Assembly (NCBI GenBank): GCA_965205855.1
Contig: OZ242184.1
Span: forward strand, 1 to 64,000
Direction of reading: 5' to 3'
Source of the DNA: Thermodesulfobacteriota bacterium
Lineage (GTDB): Bacteria > Desulfobacterota_D > UBA1144 > Nemesobacterales > Mycalebacteriaceae
DNA: 64,000 nt
Shown: positions 1 through 12,200 of the stretch, piece after piece
How the letters are laid out: each line of letters begins with the position of its first letter
How positions within the stretch are numbered: position 1 is the stretch's first letter
Notes under the pieces: generated by a model
What the model saw: only the letters and a program-made list of their open reading frames with translations
What the model was told of the DNA's origin: nothing
Database searches by the model: none
Program-made: the position numbers and the translations under genes

Positions 1-1014
1 AACCACGCCGTCCTCAAGGACAACCCTGACGGCCTTCCCGTTCCGGGCGACAAAAACAAATGGCTTTCCGCCGTCGTAAAGGACGGCGTTCACCGGAATC
101 CGCACAACCCCAGAGAGCAGCCCGGACTGAATCCTGATGTTCACAAACTCGCCCGACCACATTTCCGCGTTGAGGTTTTCATCGTCTGCGGCAATCTCAA
201 CTGAGTAGGTTGTTGAGCCCTCGTCCGTTTCTTTGCCCACGCCTTTGACAGTCGCGGGAACGGTGATTTTTCCACCGGGGGTTTTGTATTCAATCAGAAC
301 CTTCGTGCCGCGACCGGCTCTTTTTGCGATTGAAGAATCAACGCTCGCGACAACGCGGGTTTTCCCGTCGCCGGTGATTTGGGCGACCGGTTCTCCCCCT
401 ATAACTTCCTGACCGATGTCCGGGAAAACCTCAACAACCTCGCCGTCAATCGGAGAGCGTATGTTGAGGCGGTCGTAATACCACTTGGCTTTTCTGTACA
501 CCGCCTCAAAAGCCTCAAGCTGGGACAAAGCTTTGAGGCGGGCGTTGCGAGCTGAATCAAGTTCGTCCTTTGAGACAACTCCTTTGTCAAAGAGTCTTTT
601 GTACTGCCCGTATTTTCTGTCCGCCTCTTCAAAATCGGACTGTGCCGAAGCAAAACGCCCTTCTGCCTCTCTGAGTTCATAAAGGCGGCCACTGTCCTCA
701 AGGACAAGAATAACTTCACCCTTGGCGACTTTGTCTCCGCGCGATTTTTTTTTCTCAACTACAAATCCCGAAGCACCGGCAAGAACCCGCACGCTACGGT
801 CTCCCTCAACTTTTCCGAGAACTGTGTCATACAATTCCACATCCTCTGAGACAACGGCGACAGCTCGCACGGGACTGGGATACCGGGTTATGTCTTCCGG
901 CTGACGCGAGGAGGCAAATCTGAAGTAAAGCAAAAACAGCACGGCGAGAAATACCGCGACAATAACGAAAAACTTTTTCCACTTCACCTTTGAACTGCTA
1001 TTTGCTACCGTCAT
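1..1014 (-). CDS. RND efflux periplasmic adaptor (membrane fusion protein), 3' end runs off the window
   Basis: Translated by hand from ATG at 1014: MTVANSSSKVKWKKFFVIVAVFLAVLFLLYFRF (TM anchor) ... SGFVVEKKKSRGDKVAKGEVILVLED (lipoyl-like half), then a coiled coil. Not in the ORF track because there is no stop in the window. Confidence 0.8.
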   Translation of the reverse strand, partial: MTVANSSSKVKWKKFFVIVAVFLAVLFLLYFRFASSRQPEDITRYPSPVRAVAVVSEDVELYDTVLGKVEGDRSVRVLAGASGFVVEKKKSRGDKVAKGEVILVLEDSGRLYELREAEGRFASAQSDFEEADRKYGQYKRLFDKGVVSKDELDSARNARLKALSQLEAFEAVYRKAKWYYDRLNIRSPIDGEVVEVFPDIGQEVIGGEPVAQITGDGKTRVVASVDSSIAKRAGRGTKVLIEYKTPGGKITVPATVKGVGKETDEGSTTYSVEIAADDENLNAEMWSGEFVNIRIQSGLLSGVVRIPVNAVLYDGGKPFVFVARNGKAVRVVLEDGVV

Positions 1015-1175
1015 AAAAAAACCAAATCCGCGCGGTCGCGCATCCGAATTCCGGCGTTTTTTCCGCGGCAAAACAGACGAGCGTTTTTTGTAGTTTACAC
1101 ATATAAAACAGTGTTGATATCAATTTTTATTTGTAATACAATGTCGCAAATCCACATAGTTAACAGGAGGTTACT

Positions 1176-1451
1176 ATGACAAAATCTGACATCGCATCGC
1201 ATCTGGCAGACAAATGCGACATTTCCAAAAAGGCGGCGGGAGAAATCCTTGACGAGCTTGCTATGATAACCTACAAGCAGACCAAGAAAGCCAAGGAGTT
1301 CACTTTTCCGGGACTTGGTAAGTTTGTTGTGGACAAGCGCAAAGCACGTATGGGACGTAACCCCGCAACGGGAGAGACAATAAAAATTCCCGCCAAATGG
1401 GTCGTCAAGTTCAAAGTTGCGAAAGCCTGCAAAGACGCCGTAGTCGGTTAG
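1176..1451 (+). CDS. hup: HU family DNA-binding protein
   Basis: 91 aa with FPGLGKF and RKARMGRNPATGETIKIPA motifs; AGGAGG RBS. Confidence 0.93.
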   Translation: MTKSDIASHLADKCDISKKAAGEILDELAMITYKQTKKAKEFTFPGLGKFVVDKRKARMGRNPATGETIKIPAKWVVKFKVAKACKDAVVG

Positions 1452-1478
1452 TTTCAGGCATATCAATTCAACTTAAAT

Positions 1479-1514
1479 AAAACCGTGCCTCTTCGGGGGC
1501 CACGGTTTTTTTTT
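1479..1514. terminator. Rho-independent terminator, likely bidirectional
   Basis: AAAACCGTG-CCTCTTCGGGGGC-CACGGTTTTTTTTT between convergent genes. Confidence 0.8.
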
Positions 1515-1515
1515 A

Positions 1516-2280
1516 TTACTCATCCGAAGTTCCGGACGACAGAGAGAAACTCAACTTCTCCCTTGAGCGGGAGGCGATGTCATCGCGCAACCGCTTGACC
1601 GAGCGGAATTTCTCTTTTTCCGTTCTTGTAAAATCCGTTTCAAAAGTCAGGCGCTCACGCAAGGCGAAAGGCCAGGGGCTGATTGAGTAACTGCTTTCGG
1701 AAACCCTTCTGAGCTTTATCTGTTTGCGCGACCCTCCGCCGAGTGGCACATCGCTTATTTTAAGACTGTCCCACCCATGGCACAAAGCAAGGGAAATCGC
1801 GTCCCCTATCTGAAGCAACCTGAGTGCTTTGCTCGTATCCGGGGGAATTTGCTCCAAATCTTCCAAGCCGAGAGCTTGCGTGACAAACTCCCCTATCTCC
1901 CGCCTGAGGGAAAGCGACCATTTTGTGGGACTGCGTGAAAGCATCCGCTCGTTCAGCCTGTTGAAATGAAGTGCTATGAGAACGCTCGCAAAAACATTCG
2001 TTTCCATATGCGTCTCAAAGCACCGCCTCCATATTTCACCCTGCCTCGGGACGGACACTTCGGTAAAATCTTCCGGCTCGCCGTTGCGGTTCAAAACCGG
2101 CAGACTATCCGCCTGTTTCCATCCGCAGTCATGCTCGGACAGGGCAAAAAGCAGGTCATTTGCGGGGTCGGGAAAGAAAAAATCTCCGCCGCCCCAGAAA
2201 CTCATAATCTGTGCCGAGAGTTTCGCGTGGTTGTCCTGAGTGAACAAAAACCAGCCTTTTCCGCTCCGTCTGCGAACCAT
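1516..2280 (-). CDS. DUF3891-like family protein
   Basis: Start taken at MVRRRSGKGWFLFTQDNHAKLSAQIMSFWG; contains HDCGW and LQIGDAISLALC, typical of DUF3891. Confidence 0.7.
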   Translation of the reverse strand: MVRRRSGKGWFLFTQDNHAKLSAQIMSFWGGGDFFFPDPANDLLFALSEHDCGWKQADSLPVLNRNGEPEDFTEVSVPRQGEIWRRCFETHMETNVFASVLIALHFNRLNERMLSRSPTKWSLSLRREIGEFVTQALGLEDLEQIPPDTSKALRLLQIGDAISLALCHGWDSLKISDVPLGGGSRKQIKLRRVSESSYSISPWPFALRERLTFETDFTRTEKEKFRSVKRLRDDIASRSREKLSFSLSSGTSDE

Positions 2281-2355
2281 CCCGATGAAAACATAACACA
2301 ACATCGGATGGCGGGACGGGTTTAACGGGACAGGAAGTCTGGCATAATAGAAGCC

Positions 2356-3006
2356 ATGCCCGAAGGAAAAACGGTTAAAACCGAAACGGTTAAAACATCG
2401 GAACCCGGCGCCGCGCAAAAGGCGGCGCGCGCCGTCCTTTCGGGCGGGGTGGTTGTCTATCCAACCGAAACTCTTTACGGAATAGGCGGACTCGCCTCAA
2501 GGCGGGATGTCGCGGCAAGGGTTTCGCGTATAAAGAAAAGACCGGACGGCAAACCCTTTCCCGTTCTCGCGAGGGACATCGGGATGCTTTCCCGTTATTT
2601 CGTAATATCGGAAAAACAGAAAGACGCTTACCGGAAGATGTTTCCGTTGCCACTCACTCTTGTTCTGCGTTGCAAAAACACGGATTTTTTTCCGCCACAG
2701 ATCTCAAAAGACGGAAAGACCGCGGTCAGGGTGTCGCACGGAGAGTTTGTTCGGGGTCTTTTTGAACTGCTGGATGAGCCTTTAATATCGTCCAGCGCGA
2801 ACATAAGCGGCGGGCAAAACCTGTCATGTGGCGAGGAAGCCGGGCGGATTTTCGGCGGCACGGTTGAACTAATAGTTGATTCCGGTAACTTACCGCCATC
2901 AAAAGGCTCAGCCATTGCGGATCTTACCGGGGAAACTCCGGAGATTCTGCGCAAAGGCGACCTTGATACCGAACAAACAAGTGAATTCTTAAAATGGCTG
3001 TCGTAA
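2356..3006 (+). CDS. tsaC: L-threonylcarbamoyladenylate synthase (TsaC/Sua5/YrdC)
   Basis: YPTETLYGIG, KKRPDGKP and SSANISG motifs. Confidence 0.9.
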   Translation: MPEGKTVKTETVKTSEPGAAQKAARAVLSGGVVVYPTETLYGIGGLASRRDVAARVSRIKKRPDGKPFPVLARDIGMLSRYFVISEKQKDAYRKMFPLPLTLVLRCKNTDFFPPQISKDGKTAVRVSHGEFVRGLFELLDEPLISSSANISGGQNLSCGEEAGRIFGGTVELIVDSGNLPPSKGSAIADLTGETPEILRKGDLDTEQTSEFLKWLS

Positions 3007-4205
3007 AAGGTTTCCGCGGGATTCTCTACAATCCCAAAAAAGCGGGTGATTTGTCCGAACTGGTCGCTCCTCCCTACGATGTAATTGACAAAAAGGAGCA
3101 AAAAAACCTTTACGAAAAGCATCCGCTAAATTCAATAAGGCTTATTCTTTCAAAAGAGCCGGGGGAGAAACGTTACCGTAGCGCGGCGGACACGCTGAAA
3201 AAATGGCTCGGAGAAAAAATTCTTCAAAGGGATAAAAAGCCCGCGATTTACCGATATTGTCAGGATTTTGAATTAAACGGGGAAATTTTCAAAAGAAAGG
3301 GTTTTATCGCAATCGTCAAAATAGAGGATTTTGAAAGCGGCGTTATTCTTCCCCATGAAAAAACCTTTGAAAAATACAAAGAAGACCGCCTGAGCCTCAT
3401 ACGGGCATGCAACTCAAACCTGAGCCAGATTTTTGCAGTCTACTCAGACCCGGAAGGAGAGGTTGAAGCGGCAGTTGAAAAAGCATCGGGAGAGCCGTTT
3501 GCTCAAATAGAGTTCAAGGGAGTGAAAAACACCGTTTGGAGAGTGAATTGCAAAGAGACGCTTTTGAAGATTTCTACCCTTATGGCGGATAAAAAACTTC
3601 TCATAGCGGACGGGCATCACCGCTATGAAACCTCCATAAACTACAGAAACATACGCAGGCGCGACGATGGCGGAGACCGCGACAAGCCGTATGAATACAT
3701 AATGATGTATCTCTGCGGCGCCGAGGGAGGCGGACTTGTTGTCGAGCCCACTCACAGGGTTGTCAAAAATCTGGGCGGAATGTCCGGCGGAGAGGTGGCC
3801 TCAATTTTGCGAAAAGAGTTCGACTGTTCGGAAACCGAACCGCAAAATCCCCCGGATTTGCTTCGGGATCAGGTTGTTTTTGTTTATGACAAGGGTGAGA
3901 AAGCGCTGGTTTTTTCCCAGAAAAACAAAAGCGGAGACCACAAAGCAATGGGCGCGTTTATGTTGCGCGATATGGTCATAAAAAAAATTATCGGCTCTGA
4001 AACCGAAATTGTTTTCACAAAATCACATTCCGACCTTATGGAACTTGTCGGGACGGGTAAATGCGAAGCCGGTTTTATAATGCCCCGACCGCTAATCACA
4101 GACATTATGGACGCCTCGGAAAAAGGCGTCAGAATGCCCCAGAAAACCACTTATTTTTATCCCAAAATCCTCTCCGGGATTGTTATAAATCCCCTGTGGG
4201 ATTAA
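2994..4205 (+). CDS. DUF1015 family protein
   Basis: APPYDVI, ILPHEKT, IADGHHRYET and MPQKTTYFYPK motifs. Confidence 0.88.
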   Translation: MAVVKGFRGILYNPKKAGDLSELVAPPYDVIDKKEQKNLYEKHPLNSIRLILSKEPGEKRYRSAADTLKKWLGEKILQRDKKPAIYRYCQDFELNGEIFKRKGFIAIVKIEDFESGVILPHEKTFEKYKEDRLSLIRACNSNLSQIFAVYSDPEGEVEAAVEKASGEPFAQIEFKGVKNTVWRVNCKETLLKISTLMADKKLLIADGHHRYETSINYRNIRRRDDGGDRDKPYEYIMMYLCGAEGGGLVVEPTHRVVKNLGGMSGGEVASILRKEFDCSETEPQNPPDLLRDQVVFVYDKGEKALVFSQKNKSGDHKAMGAFMLRDMVIKKIIGSETEIVFTKSHSDLMELVGTGKCEAGFIMPRPLITDIMDASEKGVRMPQKTTYFYPKILSGIVINPLWD

Positions 4206-4221
4206 AATTACCGGCGCTTAA

Positions 4222-6015
4222 ATGGAACCCGAATACATACGCAACTTCTCAATAATCGCGCATGTGGACCACGGCAAGTCTACTCTTGCAGACCGCATAC
4301 TTGAATTCACGGGAACCCTGAGCGAGCGCGAAAAAAAAGACCAGTTCCTTGATCAGATGGAGCTTGAGCGGGAACGCGGAATTACGATTAAGGCACAGGC
4401 GGTCAGAATCAACTACAACGCGAAGGACGGCAAAACCTACGAGTTAAACCTAATAGACACTCCCGGGCATGTTGATTTCAGTTATGAAGTTTCCCGAAGC
4501 CTGATGGCGTGCGAGGGAGCGCTTCTTGTTGTTGACGCTTCGCAGGGAGTTGAGGCGCAGACGGTCGCTCACACCTTCCTTGCCGCGGACTCCGGGCTGG
4601 AAATTATTTCGGTGATAAACAAAACAGACCTCCCGTCCGCTGATCCCGAAAGGGTTGCCGGGGAAATTGAGGAAGTGCTCGGAATTGACGCAAGCGGCGC
4701 GGTTCTTGCAAGCGCGAAAGAGGGAACGGGCATAGGTGAAATTCTTGAGGCGGTTGTGAAGCACATCCCCCCTCCTGCGGGAAAAAGCGGCAATCCTCTC
4801 AAGGCGCTTATATTTGACAGTTGGTTCAGCTCATACGAGGGAGTGGCAATGCTTGTCAGGATTTTTGAGGGAAAGTTACGTGTCGGCAAGCGGATAACGC
4901 TTATGTCAACCGGTAAACAGTATCTGGTGAAAAAACTCGGCGCTTTCCGCCCCCGCCTTGAGGAAATGGAAGAGTTGGAAGCCGGCGAGGTCGGTTTCGT
5001 AACAGCAGCGGTAAGAGAGATAAGCGAGGCACATGTGGGAGACACAATAACGGACGCGGAGAAGCCCGCTTCCACGGCGTTTGAGGGTTTCAAGGTTATG
5101 AAACCGATGGTTTTCAGCGGTCTTTATCCCACAAACACCGGGGACTATGAAAAATTGCGCGAGGCGCTTGAGAAATTGATATTGAACGATTCCTCTTTCG
5201 TCTATGAACCGGAAACCTCCACCGCGCTCGGGTTCGGTTTCAGGTGCGGATTTCTCGGCCTGCTCCACATGGAAATTATAAAGGAGAGGCTTGAACGGGA
5301 ATTTGACCTTGAGTTAATCACAACCGCGCCAACGGTAATTTACAAAACCGTTCACATTTCCGGCGAAGAACAATTCATAGACAATCCGGCTGATTTTCCC
5401 ATGGGAGACAAAAAAATATCCGTTGAGGAACCGTTTGTTCTTGTCTCAATACACACGCCCTCAGAAACTCTGGGACAGATTATAGAGCTGTGCGAAAGCC
5501 GGCGCGGGGTTCAAAAAAGCATGAAATACATAACCCCCGAAAGACTGATTGTTGAATACACGCTACCTTTGTCGGAAATAGTTTTTGATTTTTACGATCG
5601 CCTTAAATCCGTTTCGCGCGGATATGCGTCAATGGATTACGAACCCGCCGGATACGGGGCTTCAAATCTCACGCGGCTGGATATTCTTGTGAACGGCGAA
5701 CCCGTAGACGCGCTTTCTTTGATTGTCCACAAGGACAAATCCTACGAGCGGGGACGCGATTTAATTGAAAAATTAAAGGAGTTAATTCCGCGTCAGTTAT
5801 ACGAGGTGGCAATACAGGCGGCGATGGGAAGCCGCGTCATAGCGCGTGAGACCGTCCGCGCGATGAGAAAGGATGTAACCTCAAAATGCTACGGCGGCGA
5901 TGTTACGAGAAAAAGAAAACTGCTTGAGAAACAGAAAGAGGGGAAAAAACGTATGAAACAGGTCGGAAGCGTGGAAATTCCGCAAGAGGCTTTTTTGGCT
6001 GTTTTGAAAACTTGA
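4222..6015 (+). CDS. lepA: Translation elongation factor 4 (LepA)
   Basis: [56 protein letters not shown]. Confidence 0.98.
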   Translation: MEPEYIRNFSIIAHVDHGKSTLADRILEFTGTLSEREKKDQFLDQMELERERGITIKAQAVRINYNAKDGKTYELNLIDTPGHVDFSYEVSRSLMACEGALLVVDASQGVEAQTVAHTFLAADSGLEIISVINKTDLPSADPERVAGEIEEVLGIDASGAVLASAKEGTGIGEILEAVVKHIPPPAGKSGNPLKALIFDSWFSSYEGVAMLVRIFEGKLRVGKRITLMSTGKQYLVKKLGAFRPRLEEMEELEAGEVGFVTAAVREISEAHVGDTITDAEKPASTAFEGFKVMKPMVFSGLYPTNTGDYEKLREALEKLILNDSSFVYEPETSTALGFGFRCGFLGLLHMEIIKERLEREFDLELITTAPTVIYKTVHISGEEQFIDNPADFPMGDKKISVEEPFVLVSIHTPSETLGQIIELCESRRGVQKSMKYITPERLIVEYTLPLSEIVFDFYDRLKSVSRGYASMDYEPAGYGASNLTRLDILVNGEPVDALSLIVHKDKSYERGRDLIEKLKELIPRQLYEVAIQAAMGSRVIARETVRAMRKDVTSKCYGGDVTRKRKLLEKQKEGKKRMKQVGSVEIPQEAFLAVLKT

Positions 6016-6202
6016 AAATTGCCAATTTGTACTATAGGAGTAATAAGTGGAGAATTCCAATGAACAAAGCACGAGAAAAAAGGTTAAAATAAAGAACCGA
6101 GAGGCTTTTGAGCATAAGCGCCTCCGCAAACCCACAAAATGAAGAAGCCAAAGATTGATAATCGAGTTTTTCAACTTTCCTTTATAAGTCCCCTAATTTA
6201 AC

Positions 6203-6212
6203 GGGGGGGGGG
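6203..6212 (+). repeat. G10 homopolymer at the RBS position of the adhesin gene
   Basis: AC-GGGGGGGGGG-TAG-ATG, with ATG at 6216. Confidence 0.85.
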
Positions 6213-6215
6213 TAG

Positions 6216-9200
6216 ATGAACACTATACGTTTCTGTACTACAATCGTCCTTGTCCTTATGATCTCGGTAACTGGGGCCAGTGCAAACCATGAAAATGAAA
6301 GTGGAGGGAGTCCTGGCCCACCACACTTCATCACGGGACATGTGGCCTTCACCGGTGTCCTGGAGGAGGATGAGTTGCTGACGGCGGATCTCTCTGACTT
6401 GGAAGATGATGATGGTTTTGGTGAGTTTGTTGATTGGGAATGGGCTTACGTCACCGACACATCGTACCTTGCTATCCCGGGAGCGACCTCTAACACCTAC
6501 ACCCTGACCCAGCAAGAGGTGGGACACCGGATGGGCCTGGAAGTAACTCATAGAGATCCCCAGCTTGGTGATAGGCGTATAGTTAGCTTTATTCCCCGCG
6601 AGACGGTGGGCAATGTCAATGACCCTCCCACCGGTGAGGTGACGATTGACGGTATCCTGCGCGAGAATGAGGAACTGATGGCGAATACCTCTTCCCTTGC
6701 CGATGAGGATGGTCTTGTAGGTGAGGATGGTATGCACGTCGGGTTCTTCTATCGATGGAATACGCGCGACGGGAACACGGACACGCCGATTCCCGGCGCG
6801 ACCCTGCGCACCTACACCCTGACCCAGGCCGAGGTCGGCAAGTCCATCACCGTGACTGTCGACTACGTCGATCGCTGGACCACGCTTGAGAGCGTAACCA
6901 GCGCTGCCACTGCGGTGGTGAGGGGTTCCACTGAACCTGTTGCCGATGCCGGACCAGATCAGCGCACCGTCAAGGGTACCACCGTCACCCTTGACGGCAG
7001 TCTCAGTTCCGTACCCAGTGGCGACGCCCTGGCCTATTCCTGGACGCATACGAATGCCGGCATCACGCTGAACGGTGCTAATACCGCCAGCCCAAGCTTC
7101 ACCGTGCCGGCGGATCTGGTGGGGGACCTGATGGGGGAGGGGAACTTGACTTTCATCCTGACGGTGACCGACACCGGAGGTGTAGAGTCAACACCCGACA
7201 GCGTCGACATACTCATCAGACCACTGTTCCGAAGCACAGTGAACGACCAGGCCTATACTGAAAATGTGGAGATAGCCAATCTGGGGTTGCCCGATGCTCG
7301 CGGTCGGGGCAAAACCTACAGCTTGATCAGGGAGGGATCGCTTTCAGACCTTCCGGGTGGGCTGACATTCAATGCAAGTACACGCACACTGTCCGGCACC
7401 CCGGACGAAATTGGCGTGTTTAACCTAATCTACACCGTAACGGATAGTGACGGCGGAACCGATTCACTGAGATTTCGTATCACGGTGATCAACGCCGCCC
7501 CCACCGCCGATGCTGGTCCAGATCAGAGGGTGGGCAAGGGCACAGAAGTCACCCTTGATGGCACTGGCAGTACGACAAGCCCTCCAGGCCGCACGCTGAC
7601 ATATGCCTGGACGCAGACTCGTGGCACCACGGTGTCTTTAAACAGTCCTACAGCAGCACAGCCAACTTTCACCGTTCCAAACGTGATACCGACAACTGAT
7701 CCGTCCTCGCTTGATTTCAGCCTGGTCGTCACTGACGGACAGGTCTCGTCCAGCAACGAGGAAACCGTCAGAATCTTTGTCAGACCGCTGTTTCGTACAA
7801 CCATTGCCAATCAGACCTATAGCGAGGACACTGCAATTGACAATCTGATTTTGCCCACGGCACTGGAGAGACCGGGGGATACTAATACCTATGGACTGGC
7901 TTCTGTGCCCGCTGGTCTATCCTTTGATCCTGCTGCCCGCACACTGTCTGGTACGCCGACAATACCTGGAACGTTTGACTTGACCTACACCGCAACGGAT
8001 CAGGACAGTAGAACCGATTCACTGGAATTTAGTGTCACCGTTAGCAACGCCAATGACCCGCCCATCGGAGTACCGACCATTAACGGCACCGCGACACAGG
8101 GAGAGGCACTCACGGTGGACACCACAGGCATTAGCGATGCCGACGGCCCCAGCGCTTTAGACTTCTCCTATCAATGGCTGGCAGACGGAAGTAATATTAG
8201 CGGCGCGACCTCTGCGACCTACACCCTGACACAGAACGAGGTGGGACAGATGATCACCGTGACCGTCAGCTACACCGATGCCGGCAGCACCGACGAGAGC
8301 CTGACCAGCGCTGCCGTCGGGCCGGTTAGCAACGCCAATGACCCGCCCACTGGCAGTGTGACCATTAGCGGCACCGCGACACAGGGAGAGGCACTCACGG
8401 TGGACACCACAGGCATTAGCGATGCCGACGGCCCCAGCGCTTTAGACTTCTCCTATCAATGGCTGGCAGACGGAAGTAATATTAGCGGCGCGACCTCTGC
8501 GACCTACACCCTGACACAGAACGAGGTGGGACAGATGATCACCGTGACCGTCAGCTACACCGATGCCGGCAGCACCGACGAGAGCCTGACCAGCGCTGCC
8601 GTCGGGCCGGTTAGCAACGCCAATGACCCGCCCATCGGAGTACCGACCATTAACGGCACCGCGACACAGGGAGAGGCACTCACGGTGGACACCACAGGCA
8701 TTAGCGATGCCGACGGCCCCAGCGCTTTAGACTTCTCCTATCAATGGCTGGCAGACGGAAGTAATATTAGCGGCGCGACCTCTGCGACCTACACCCTGAC
8801 ACAGAACGAGGTGGGACAGATGATCACCGTGACCGTCAGCTACACCGATGCCGGCAGCACCGACGAGAGCCTGACCAGCGCTGCCGTCGGGCCGGTTAGC
8901 AACGCCAATGACCCGCCCATCGGAGTACCGACCATTAACGGCACCGCGACACAGGGAGAGGCACTCACGGTGGACACCACAGGCATTAGCGATGCCGACG
9001 GCCCCAGCGCTTTAGACTTCTCCTATCAATGGCTGGCAGACGGAAGTAATATTAGCGGCGCGACCTCTGCGACCTACACCCTGACACAGAACGAGGTGGG
9101 ACAGATGATCACCGTGACCGTCAGCTACACCGATGCCGGCAGCACCGACGAGAGCCTGACCAGCGCTGCCGTCGGGCCGGTTAGCAACGCCAATGACCCG

Positions 9201-12200
9201 CCCACTGGCAGTGTGACCATTAGCGGCACCGCGACACAGGGAGAGGCACTCACGGTGGACACCACAGGCATAAGCGATGCCGACGGCCCCAGCGCTTTAG
9301 ACTTCTCCTATCAATGGCTGGCAGACGGAAGTAATATTAGCGGCGCGACCTCTGCGACCTACACCCTGACACAGAACGAGGTGGGACAGATGATCACCGT
9401 GACCGTCAGCTACACCGATGCCGGCAGCACCGACGAGAGCCTGACCAGCGCTGCCGTCGGGCCGGTTAGCAACGCCAATGACCCGCCCACTGGCAGTGTG
9501 ACCATTAGCGGCACCGCGACACAGGGAGAGGCACTCACGGTGGACACCACAGGCATTAGCGATGCCGACGGCCCCAGCGCTTTAGACTTCTCCTATCAAT
9601 GGCTGGCAGACGGAAGTAATATTAGCGGCGCGACCTCTGCGACCTACACCCTGACACAGAACGAGGTGGGACAGATGATCACCGTGACCGTCAGCTACAC
9701 CGATGCCGGCAGCACCGACGAGAGCCTGACCAGCGCTGCCGTCGGGCCGGTTAGCAACGCCAATGACCCGCCCACTGGCAGTGTGACCATTAGCGGCACC
9801 GCGACACAGGGAGAGGCACTCACGGTGGACACCACAGGCATTAGCGATGCCGACGGCCCCAGCGCTTTAGACTTCTCCTATCAATGGCTGGCAGACGGAA
9901 GTAATATTAGCGGCGCGACCTCTGCGACCTACACCCTGACACAGAACGAGGTGGGACAGATGATCACCGTGACCGTCAGCTACACCGATGCCGGCAGCAC
10001 CGACGAGAGCCTGACCAGCGCTGCCGTCGGGCCGGTTAGCAACGCCAATGACCCGCCCACTGGCAGTGTGACCATTAGCGGCACCGCGACACAGGGAGAG
10101 GCACTCACGGTGGACACCACAGGCATTAGCGATGCCGACGGCCCTGACACTTTGACCTTCTCATATCAATGGCTGGCAGACGGAAGTAATATTAGCGGCG
10201 CGACCTCTGCGACCTACACCCTGACACAGAACGAGGTGGGACAGATGATCACCGTGACCGTCAGCTACACCGATGCCGGCAGCACCGACGAGAGCCTGAC
10301 CAGCGCTGCCGTCGGGCCGGTTAGCAACGCCAATGACCCGCCCATCGGAGTACCGACCATTAACGGCACACCGACACAGGGAGAGACACTCACGGTGGAC
10401 ACCACAGGCATAAGCGATGCCGACGGCCCCAGCACTTTGGACTTCTCCTATCAATGGCTGGCGGATGGAAGTAATATTGACGGTGCTAACTCTGAAACCT
10501 ACACCCTTACACAGAGCGAGGTGGGACAGAACATCTCCGTTACCGTCACATACACCGATGATGGCAGCACCAACGAGAGCCTTACCAGCGCTGCCGTCGG
10601 GCCGGTGACTAACGCCAATGACCCGCCCATCGGAGTACCGACCATTAACGGCACCGCGACACAGGGAGAGACACTCACGGTGGACACCACAGGCATTAGC
10701 GATGCCGACGGCCCCAGCACTTTGGACTTCTCCTATCAATGGCTGGCAGACGGAAGTAATATTAGCGGCGCGACCTCTGCGACCTACACCCTGACACAGA
10801 ACGAGGTGGGACAGATGATCACCGTGACCGTCAGCTACACCGATGCCGGCAGCACCGACGAGAGCCTGACCAGCGCTGCCGTCGGGCCGGTTAGCAACGC
10901 CAATGACCCGCCCACTGGCAGTGTGACCATTAGCGGCACCGCGACACAGGGAGAGGCACTCACGGTGGACACCACAGGCATTAGCGATGCCGACGGCCCC
11001 AGCGCTTTAGACTTCTCCTATCAATGGCTGGCAGACGGAAGTAATATTAGCGGCGCGACCTCTGCGACCTACACCCTGACACAGAACGAGGTGGGACAGA
11101 TGATCACCGTGACCGTCAGCTACACCGATGCCGGCAGCACCGACGAGAGCCTGACCAGCGCTGCCGTCGGGCCGGTGACTAACGCCAATGACCCGCCCAT
11201 CGGAGTACCGACCATTAACGGCACCGCGACACAGGGAGAGACACTCACGGTGGACACCACAGGCATTAGCGATGCCGACGGCCCCAGCACTTTGGACTTC
11301 TCCTATCAATGGCTGGCGGATGGAAGTAATATTGACGGTGCTAACTCTGACTCCTACACCCTTACACAGAGCGAGGTGGGACAGAACATCTCCGTTACCG
11401 TCAGCTACACCGATGCCGGCGGCACCAACGAGAGCCTTACCAGCGCTGCCGTCGGGCCGGTTAGCAACGCCAATGACTCTCCCACCGGAGTACCTGTCAT
11501 TAACGGCACACCGACACAGGGCGCGGAACTCACCGCCGACACCACAGGCATAAGCGACCCTGACGGCCCTGACACTTTGACCTTCTCACATCAATGGCTC
11601 GCAGATGGAAATAATATTGACGGTGCTAACTCTGAAACCTACACCCTTACACAGAGCGAGGTGGGACAGAACATCTCCGTTACCGTCACATACACCGATG
11701 ATGGCAGCACCAACGAGAGCCTTACCAGCGCTGCCGTCGGGCCGGTGACTAACGCCAATGACCCGCCCATCGGAGTACCGACCATTAACGGCACCGCGAC
11801 ACAGGGAGAGACACTCACGGTGGACACCACAGGCATTAGCGATGCCGACGGCCCTGACACTTTGACCTTCTCATATCAATGGCTCGCAGATGGAAATAAT
11901 ATTGACGGTGCTAACTCTGAAACCTACACCCTTACACAGAGCGAGGTGGGACAGAACATCTCCGTTACCGTCACATACACCGATGATGGCAGCACCAACG
12001 AGAGCCTTACCAGCGCTGCCGTCGGGCCGGTGACTAACGCCAATGACCCGCCCATCGGAGTACCGACCATTAACGGCACCGCGACACAGGGAGAGACACT
12101 CACGGTGGACACCACAGGCATTAGCGATGCCGACGGCCCTGACACTTTGACCTTCTCATATCAATGGCTCGCAGATGGAAATAATATTGACGGTGCTAAC

